Shown here: in pieces, positions 57,933 through 64,000 of the stretch | How the letters are laid out: every line of letters starts with the position of its first letter | Position numbering within the stretch: position 1 is the stretch's first letter | Source: the human T2T-CHM13v2.0 reference genome, Homo sapiens | Length of the DNA stretch: 64,000 bases | Strand: one strand, 5' to 3' | Assembly (NCBI RefSeq): GCF_009914755.1 | Contig: NC_060947.1 | The notes under the pieces: model-generated | Database searches by the model: none | Told to the model about the DNA's origin: nothing | What the model saw: only the letters and a program-made list of their open reading frames with translations | Translations under genes and position numbers: made by a program

Positions 57933-59434
57933 CTGAAGGACAGGTGAAAAAGAGAAGAGAAAGAGAATGGCAAATACAAGAAAAGGACAATTGCAGCAAG
58001 TGCAAATCATTTCATCAGAGGCAAATGAGTGTGCAGTGATAGCATTAGGATAAAACATTTACAGTCCTGCCTGTGCCATAAAACCAGAACATTTCCTTCA
58101 GAATATGGAGTGCATTACAGCATCGCAGAAAACACTAGACTAGGCTTTCAAATTACCTAAATATAAATGCTCAGAAGCTAATAGGAATGGCCTGTTCAGG
58201 GACTATTAATATTGGCAATAATAAATATGTTCTGGAGATATGAAAACATCAAAATCAAAGAAGACCCCTTGTTCTTTGGGCAGGTAAAGGTATACAAAGC
58301 TTTTTCTTCATATAAACCTCTTATGAGATTGTATATGTTCAAGGCAACAAGTGGGGTTTGTGCCTCCATGGTGAGAGTTAGAATCACTAAAATGGAAGAC
58401 CCTAGAGAAGGCATCTAAAGGGCTGCATTTTGGGAATCATTGCATTAATTTTTATTAATTACAAGACAGAAAACTAAAAGACAAGTTTCCTTGTCATATG
58501 AGACATAGGTGTCAGTAAGACAAGATATATCTTCATAACAAAAATAGACAACAGAGGAAAAAGCCAGTTTTGACAAGATCTGAGTTCTCCAATCTAAGAA
58601 GCAATTTTTAACCTACCTCCCCAAAAGTGTGGAAAGTTGTGGGGCATTAGTGCATAGGTTATACGTGTCTTTCAGGTAATTTGGGCCTCTTGTTCTGTGT
58701 ATAGGTATGATTCAAGGTTCAACTAAATGGGAAAACTCCTAAAATGGCACTGCCAGCCTTTGTATGAGAACATCTTGGTGAACCCTGACATTCTGATCTA
58801 CTGCAGCTCCTAATGCTATCATCCAGGACAGCCAGCACCCAGCAAAAAAAAATATAAAACTAGGCAAGAAAAAAAATGTTTTCCTTGAGAACAGAGTCAT
58901 TCTCTATGTCTCCTGATCACCAGTGCTTTTATAGTTGGCTTTCTAAAACTTGTTTGCTACAAGCCTAGACTTAAAAAATCATGAAACCCTTCCCAAAGTT
59001 TGCTGATTTTTACAAAATCAGACCTCTTGCCTGCTAACATTTCCAGACCCTGTCTGATTCTCATCACATCTCTTCTCTTCTACTGGATCTATGAAACCCC
59101 ATTGAGTCCTAATCGTACTATAACCTACCTCCCAGTACGACACTTAACATTCTCTTTATCTCTGAGTGTGCTCATTTGCCAAAGGCAGGAAAGTCTATAA
59201 ATTCCACCCTGCAAGAGCCCCTAGTAAAGACTTCTCTATGCAGGTCTGATTCATAGAAAGATTCATTTTGGTTGCTTAGGAAATCAAAGCTCCACTAACA
59301 ATTATGGTATCAAAAAAAAATTACACCAGTGACTCTCCTTAATTGAAAATAAGACTTCTTCTACTAAAAATACCCACAAATTAAGTTATTGGTGTCATAG
59401 GTCCAGTACAGAAAGTCATTTTTCTCCTTTACTA

Positions 59435-60305
59435 TTGTGGAAGCTTTAAAACATGGCCACAAACTCTGACATACCTTCCATTGAGAGGTGAGGTCTATGT
59501 CCCCTCTACCTTGAATGTGAGTGGGCTTGTTAATATTTTGAACAAATAGAGTACTCCAGAAGTAACACTCTGTGACATTTGAAGCTAGGTCATAAAAGGC
59601 CAGCACCAGTTCTCTCCCAGTTCTCTTGGAATACTCCCACTAGGAGCCTTGAGACAGTACATAAGAAGTTTAATTACCCTGAGATTACCAAACAGAAGAG
59701 GCCAAATTCTAGTCAATGTCTCATACCAGCTGAATCCGCCCTTCCTGCCATCCCCACTGGAAGGTGCCAAACATTAGGAAAACCATTTTGGACCCTCCAT
59801 ATCAACTCATCTGCCAGGTAAATGCCATCATTTGGAGCAGAAGAATCGCCCAGCTGACCCGTCTGAATGCCTAACCCAAAAAATAATTACAAATAATTAG
59901 TTTTAGTTTAAGCCAGTAATCTGCAACCTTTTTGGCACCAGGGAGCAGAATCATGGAAGACAATTTTTCAATGGACCCAGGGTAGGGGGAGGTGGAGATG
60001 GTTTCAGGATGAAACTATTCAACCTCAGATCATCAGGCATTAGATTGTCATAAACAGCATGCAACCTAGATCCTGCATGCCCAGTTCACAACAGGGTTTG
60101 CTCCTATGAGAATCTAATGCTGCCACTGATCTGATAGCAGGCAGAGCTCAAGCAGTAATGCTCCCTATCCTGCTGCTCACCTCCTGCTGTGTGGTCAGGC
60201 TCCTAACAGGCCACAGACTGGTGCCCTGCAGGCTAGGGGTTGGGGACCCTGGTTTCAGCCACTAATATTAGAAAAAGTTGTTATGAAGCAATAGATAATT
60301 AGAAA
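59435..60305 (+). mobile_element. MLT1-family LTR interrupted by MER1B
   Basis: aacatggccacaaactctgaca...gaagctaggtcataaaagg...agccactaa..gttgttatgaagcaatagataa. Confidence 0.7.
59914..60251. mobile_element. MER1B-like hAT MITE
   Basis: caacctttttggcaccaggg...ggggttggggaccctg; 8-bp TSD GTTT(A/C)AGC. Confidence 0.8.
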
Positions 60306-60336
60306 GACAATTTGCAGTTTAAAAAAATGTAATACA

Positions 60337-60720
<384 letters not shown>

Positions 60721-61432
60721 CTAAAGCACTGTATGGAGCTGGGCCCTTGCATATTCAGGAACCCCCAGGAGGGCAGAGTTGCTGGCTTTTCATGCTCCAA
60801 AGGGGATTGTCCTGCATAAGCAAGTGTGTCAGCAACTTCTCTCACAGGGTCCATAAGGCCACTGACTTTTACATGTTTGACCCCAGTTCAGTCTGAAAAA
60901 TAGTCCATGCTTTACTAGAATTGCAGGACATCATTTTCCCTTAATCACTTTGGCAACACTGCTCCCAGTCTCCTACAGCACAAACAGATACTCTGAATCT
61001 TTTCCTCTCTATGACACTCATTGGTTATTATACTATTTTCTGGTCAGAATAGAGACTTAGGAATGTAGAAAAAAGTCACATTGAGGATTTCCTCTTTTTT
61101 CTTTTTCACTCCATTTTATTCTTAAACCCCTTAGAACTCTAGCAATGACTCCCCTTTGAAGTAAATTTGGCCTTTAATCTCTTTTCTAATCACTGCATTC
61201 ATTGTGTGAGCTCACTGGGGACAAAAACTCCCACCTGCTACCTCAGGTAGACTCTTCACCATAACGAGTGACATCCTAAACTCATTAGTGAGTTTCTATC
61301 ATCAGAATCCTATTGAATAAAGGCCAAAGTAACACTGAAGGTGTTGAGCAGAATAGAGATGATATTCAGTCCAGTATTGCAGGACTGCTCAGGAATCTTT
61401 GATGGTAAATGAAATATCAAAAGAGAGCACTG

Positions 61433-61750
<318 letters not shown>

Positions 61751-61926
61751 GAGCACTAAAGACAGGCTGAAATATTATGGGGGCCTCTTTAGGTCACTTT
61801 TGGCCGTCTTCAAAAACAGACCTTGCACATTGCCAACAGAGGCCCCTTCAGAGTCAGAAAGGAATCTAGGCAAGCTTCATAATCATATAAGAAGTGTGCA
61901 ATTCAGACTTTTCAAGGCCCTCCCCC

Positions 61927-61930
<4 letters not shown>

Positions 61931-61966
<36 letters not shown>

Positions 61967-62240
61967 GCAGGGCCTTACTCGCCCAGGCTGTAGTACAGTG
62001 GCATGATCATGGCTCACTGCAGCCTTGACCTCCTCAGGTTCAGGTGATCCTCCCACCTCAGCCTCCCGAGTAGCTGGGACTAGAGATGCACGATAACGCC
62101 CAGCTAATTTTTGTATTTTTAGTAGAGACGGGATTTCACCATGTTGACCAGGCTGCTCTTGAACTCCTGGCCTCAAGCGATCTGCCTGCCTCAGCCTCCC
62201 AAAGAGCTAGGATTAAAAGCGTGAGCCACCGCACCCAGCC
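61931..62240 (-). mobile_element. AluJ-like with a T35 tail
   Basis: Long pure poly-T followed by the reverse-complement Alu. Confidence 0.92.
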
Positions 62241-63654
62241 CCAACAGTATACTTTTGAGAACATCACAGGGATGCCCTTCCTCACTTCTCCCCATCATAA
62301 TTCCTTCCCCAATTTATATTCATTTATGGAGATGACCAGACACAGGCAATTTCCATGCTTGAGTGCTGTGAACTTTCTTACTGTTATTCTAAAGCTTACT
62401 TTGGACTCTTCTTTTACAAAGGATAAAATGCAATATAAGACCCACTAAATTATCCAGACTGGGGTAGAGGGGTCCTTTTGCTACAAAGCCAGGAAATGGA
62501 AAAGTTATAATCAAGCAATGAATTCCTGGCATGGGGTGAAAGGCACTCATTAAGCCTAACCATCTCAGCATTCCTGGAATTAAGTGGGAAATAGGGAGCA
62601 AACACTCAATATACGATTGAAAAGTTGTTGGGACAAAAGGGCACAACATAATTAAAGACAGAAGAAAATGAGTCAGTCATGTGGCAAAGTATCAGCAGGA
62701 AGGGTGAGAAAAACAACATCTCAAAAGATGAATACTACTTCAATATGTGAGGGCTTTGTTATTGGGTAAATAAAAGAGATGGAGAAACAACTAGGGCTAA
62801 AGAGAAGTACAGCTGAGCTTTCTAGTGCTATCTGAATGAAATGGGGGCAAATGCCTTTGAAAACAACATAGGCAGCAGTCCACAAACCCTGTGGGCAGAG
62901 AAGAACATTTAGTAGACTGTGTATTAGCAAGGGGGCCATCTAAGAGGGTCCAGGGAAACCACACATATTGGTCTCTTCTTAGTACATTTAAAAGCAAATA
63001 TTTTAAACTAAGAAAATTCCCAAATCATATTTCCACAAGCAGAATCCTGTGAGTAACTAAAGATAACTAAAAACCATGCTTACATAATCAGTATTTTCCC
63101 CTTATAAAACACGTCCATGTTTACTATGTTATTTGGAGCACTTTAAACAACCATAAGAGATGGGGATTATTTTCCTCACTCTACAAATAAGAAAAAGGAG
63201 CCCAGAAAAATGAAGTAATTAATCTGAAGTCAACAAGTTAGTGACAGATCCAGAATTAGAGCCTTAATTCTCTAATTCCCCTACCTCCAAGTCCTGCCTT
63301 CATTCCTACTTCTCTAGGAGTCTAGATTCTATGAGCAGTATTTTGAGAAGTCAGTACCACACTGTTGAAAAGAAAGGGATTTTATAGGTAAATTAGTTCT
63401 GGCTGTTGGAATAAATAGCTTTAACAAAACTGAGAAGCCCACAAAAAGTCATCTGATGGAGAAAAGTAAAACAGAATTCCCATCTTACCATCATGCCCCT
63501 AATAAAAATGAATATTGATCAACGCATACATTTCAACATTTAAGTCCCCAATAAGTCTGGGATGGGTACAAGGACCAGTATTTCCAATAATTTTCTGCTG
63601 GTGCTGGTCATGATGGTACTGCCGGTCTAAGGACCACACAAAAAGATTATTTTT

Positions 63655-64000
63655 AGGCTGTTAAAATAATTAGACTTCATAAAAATGAAACACTTAAGTA
63701 GAAATCTAGCAAAATACATAAAATATCTATATAAGGAAACTACAAAACTCTGATGAAAAAAATCAAAAAAGATATAAATAAATGGAGAGATAACCCACGT
63801 TTATAATTAGGAAAAGTCAATATTTTTAAGATATCAGTTTTTCCCTGGTAGCTTAAAAGCAAATCCTAATCAAAATCAAAAAGATATCTCTAGGATCTTA
63901 AAAGCAATCCCAGTCAAAATCCCAGCAAGTTATTTTGTGGATATGAACAAACTGATTCTTAAGCTTATACCTGACTTCAATGCTTTTTACTACAGTGCAA
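63655..64000 (+). mobile_element. Old L1M ORF2 fragment
   Basis: aactacaaaactctgatgaaa...aaatggagagata...aaaatcccagcaag...tacctgacttcaa. Confidence 0.75.

Overview
Primate (most likely human X-chromosome) intronic DNA from OPHN1 (oligophrenin-1, BAR-PH-RhoGAP), which is transcribed on the minus strand. Two short coding exons of the BAR domain are recognisable, neither present in the ORF track: 57567-57638 ([24 protein letters not shown]) and 17289-17390 ([34 protein letters not shown]). They are separated by a 40,176-nt intron. Most of the rest is transposable-element sequence: three near or fully full-length but disabled L1PA elements (all antisense to OPHN1), older L1M/L1PB pieces, about 20 Alus, several solo LTRs, DNA transposons and MIR/L2 relics. 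All long ORFs in the track are L1 or Alu derived. I see no new protein-coding system. The most notable signals are: (1) patchwork sharing of private mutations among the three L1s, including a 244-bp identical tract, which suggests local ectopic gene conversion; (2) a candidate 56-nt poison exon 238 nt upstream of the 72-nt exon; (3) an Alu tail converted to an ACAGG/AAAGG pentamer array with RFC1-like architecture; (4) a composite L1 inside a single target-site duplication; (5) an L1 antisense ORF0-like frame with a phase-0 donor compatible with OPHN1 exons. Subfamily names and comparisons to consensus sequences are from memory and are unverified.
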